Below, in pieces: positions 30,616-32,095 of a stretch of 32,095 bases of DNA. The notes beneath the pieces are model-generated. The model saw nothing but the letters and a program-made list of their open reading frames with translations. It ran no database searches and was not told where the DNA came from. Both the position numbers and the translations under genes were made by a program. This DNA is from a bacterium. GTDB lineage: Bacteria > Patescibacteriota > Microgenomatia > Levybacterales > UBA12049. Position 1 is the stretch's first letter, and each line of letters begins with the position of its first letter. The stretch is from contig JAJYHW010000049.1 in the NCBI GenBank assembly GCA_021784535.1, forward strand, positions 1 through 32,095. The letters are read 5' to 3'.

Positions 30616-30861
30616 ACTTCACACAACTACTATATTAGATTAAAATAATATATTTATTATAATAATTCGATTATTCGTTCTCATATTGTGTTCGTATTTT
30701 ACGCTTGTAATATATACTTTTACTTTTAATTACTGTAAACAAATTTCAATTATTTTTATTTTTCCTATAGTACCTTTATATTTGTGAAAAATACTATTGT
30801 TTTTTTATTACTTTATTGTTTCACTCGTCATTACAATACTTCTCCAGGACTAAATGTTAAA

Positions 30862-31908
30862 CTACTTTCTATTAATGCTGCGCTTATATAACTCAATGTT
30901 TTCCATAGCAACGCCTGTCCCCCTGGCAACACATAGCAAAGCATCTTCCGCGTTGTGACAAGGTACTCCTGTCATGTGAGTCATAAGCTTGTCAAAATTT
31001 GTAAGAAGAGATGTGCCCCCTGACATCACAATTCCTTTGTCTATAATATCTGCTGCAAGCTCAGGTGGACACTGCTCTAGCACTTCCTTAACTCCTTTGA
31101 TAATTTCGATAAGGACTGGATTGATAGCCTCATTGATCTGTTCTTCATCTAATACGACGGTTCTGGGCAATCCTGTAATTGTATCACGCCCTCTGACTTC
31201 CATAGTCTTATATTCTTTTCCTTGCCTGCCGGCAGACGGGCTTTCTGCATCAGGCGCAGCATTACCTATTTCAATTTTTATTGCCTCAGCTGTCGTCTCT
31301 CCGATCATTAAATTATATTTTCGTTTGATATATGAAGTAATCGCTTCATCTATCTTATTTCCCGCAACTCGAACAGAACTGTGCACTACAACGCCGCCAA
31401 GTGAGATCACAGCAGATTCAGTAGAGCCGCCGCCTATATTGACAATCATATGACCTGCAGCTTGTGCAATAGGAATCTTTGCGCCAATTGCCGCAGCAAG
31501 CGGCTCATCAATCAGATATGCTGTTTTTGCCCCTGCAGACATCGTCGCATCAAGAACTGCACGACGCTCCACCTGTGTCACGCCGGAAGGAATGCATACC
31601 ATCACTTCGGGTTTGATAAAATGACGCTTCCCGCAGACTTTATCGATAAAATACGACAACATTGCTTCGGTTATCGTATAGTCTGCGATCACTCCGTCCC
31701 GAAGAGGACGAAGAGCGGTCACGTTACCCGGAGTCCGACCGAGCATCTCTTTTGCTTCACGCCCCACAGCAACGACGTGATTTTCCTCTGCCGTAACAGC
31801 AACGACTGTCGGCTCATTGAGCACAATACCCTCACCTACTACGTACACAAGTGTATTCGCAGTTCCAAGATCAATGCCGATTCGTTTGGTAGAAGGGAAA
31901 CTAAACAT
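30862..31908 (-). CDS. mreB: Rod-shape-determining protein MreB
   Basis: IGIDLGTANTLVYV, IDEPLAAAIGA and IVNIGGGSTE mark the actin-like ATPase. I place the start at ATG 31908. Confidence 0.95.
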   Translation of the reverse strand: MFSFPSTKRIGIDLGTANTLVYVVGEGIVLNEPTVVAVTAEENHVVAVGREAKEMLGRTPGNVTALRPLRDGVIADYTITEAMLSYFIDKVCGKRHFIKPEVMVCIPSGVTQVERRAVLDATMSAGAKTAYLIDEPLAAAIGAKIPIAQAAGHMIVNIGGGSTESAVISLGGVVVHSSVRVAGNKIDEAITSYIKRKYNLMIGETTAEAIKIEIGNAAPDAESPSAGRQGKEYKTMEVRGRDTITGLPRTVVLDEEQINEAINPVLIEIIKGVKEVLEQCPPELAADIIDKGIVMSGGTSLLTNFDKLMTHMTGVPCHNAEDALLCVARGTGVAMENIELYKRSINRK

Positions 31909-31980
31909 AATTTTCAATTTACAATTATTAATTTTCAATCAATACTGCAATTATTAATGATAATTGAGAAATAAATCATT

Positions 31981-32000
31981 CCACGGGCTTACGCCCATGG
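31981..32000 (-). repeat. Subterminal hairpin of an IS200/IS605 element end
   Basis: The minus strand ccatgggc-gtaa-gcccgtgg forms an 8-bp stem (one G-U pair) with a GNRA loop. It begins 3 nt after the tnpA stop. Confidence 0.55.
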
Positions 32001-32002
32001 TA

Positions 32003-32095
32003 TTAGTCTAGTTCAAGCACAGCTTGTCCAGTATCTTCTTTTCCTTGATTCTCAATATACTTCTTTACCACCTTCTCATTTAAACCAACTGTCGA
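32003..32095 (-). CDS. tnpA: IS200/IS605-family Y1 transposase TnpA, C-terminal 30 codons (partial, runs off the window)
   Basis: The translation STVGLNEKVVKKYIENQGKEDTGQAVLELD* matches the characteristic IS200 TnpA C-terminus (STVG...YI.NQ..ED). Confidence 0.7.
   Translation of the reverse strand, partial: STVGLNEKVVKKYIENQGKEDTGQAVLELD

Noticed and set aside
1-32095. I looked for tRNA, rRNA, tmRNA, RNase P RNA and SRP RNA genes.
   Set aside because: I found no T-loop/acceptor-type signatures (GGTTCGAATCC-like) and no conserved cores of the other RNAs in any intergenic region. This was an eye scan only; tRNAscan-SE and Infernal should be run to confirm.

Overview
This is a 32 kb chromosomal window at roughly 40% GC by eye. 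The genes are short and tightly packed. An uncultivated reduced-genome bacterium (Patescibacteria/CPR-like) is my inference and is not verified. Most content is housekeeping. (i) A purine-nucleotide cluster holds a CBS-less guaB, purA and guaA, with a divergent alkD-like gene. (ii) Envelope and sugar genes include a GT2, an orphan histidine kinase, a PAP2 phosphatase, galU, glmS, a GT26 WecG/TagA-like enzyme and mreB. (iii) The secE-nusG-rplK-rplA block is separated from rplJ-rplL by about 5.8 kb. That insert carries a Fur-family regulator and a ZnuA/C/B/B-type metal ABC importer, plus a YibE/F gene. rplL is not followed by rpoBC. Mobile DNA comprises a complete IS630-family element with a TA duplication that splits a HAD gene, and the 3' end of an IS200/IS605 tnpA at the right edge. 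Several things are not explained by ordinary annotation. (a) Imperfect hairpins with heptanucleotide-periodic arms fill the spacers between the ribosomal-protein genes. They include a 59-nt element that is 100% identical in front of rplK and rplA, and related heptad or palindromic sequence is embedded in frame inside glmS and the GT26 gene. (b) A TGnTATAAT-N6-ATG arrangement recurs and implies leaderless mRNAs for many genes, alongside a few strongly SD-led genes. (c) A promoter, alternative pairing and an intrinsic terminator lie upstream of rplJ and look like an attenuator. (d) An RHH/zinc-ribbon regulator and an ABC1/UbiB-type kinase form an operon behind a perfect 18-bp palindrome, next to a CIRCE-controlled hsp20. 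(e) The metal island carries two gene lesions: a frameshifted Fur-family gene and an in-frame TGA in YibE/F. (f) Two orphan ORFs (188 and 354 aa) have no family I can recognise. I found no tRNA, rRNA or CRISPR array.
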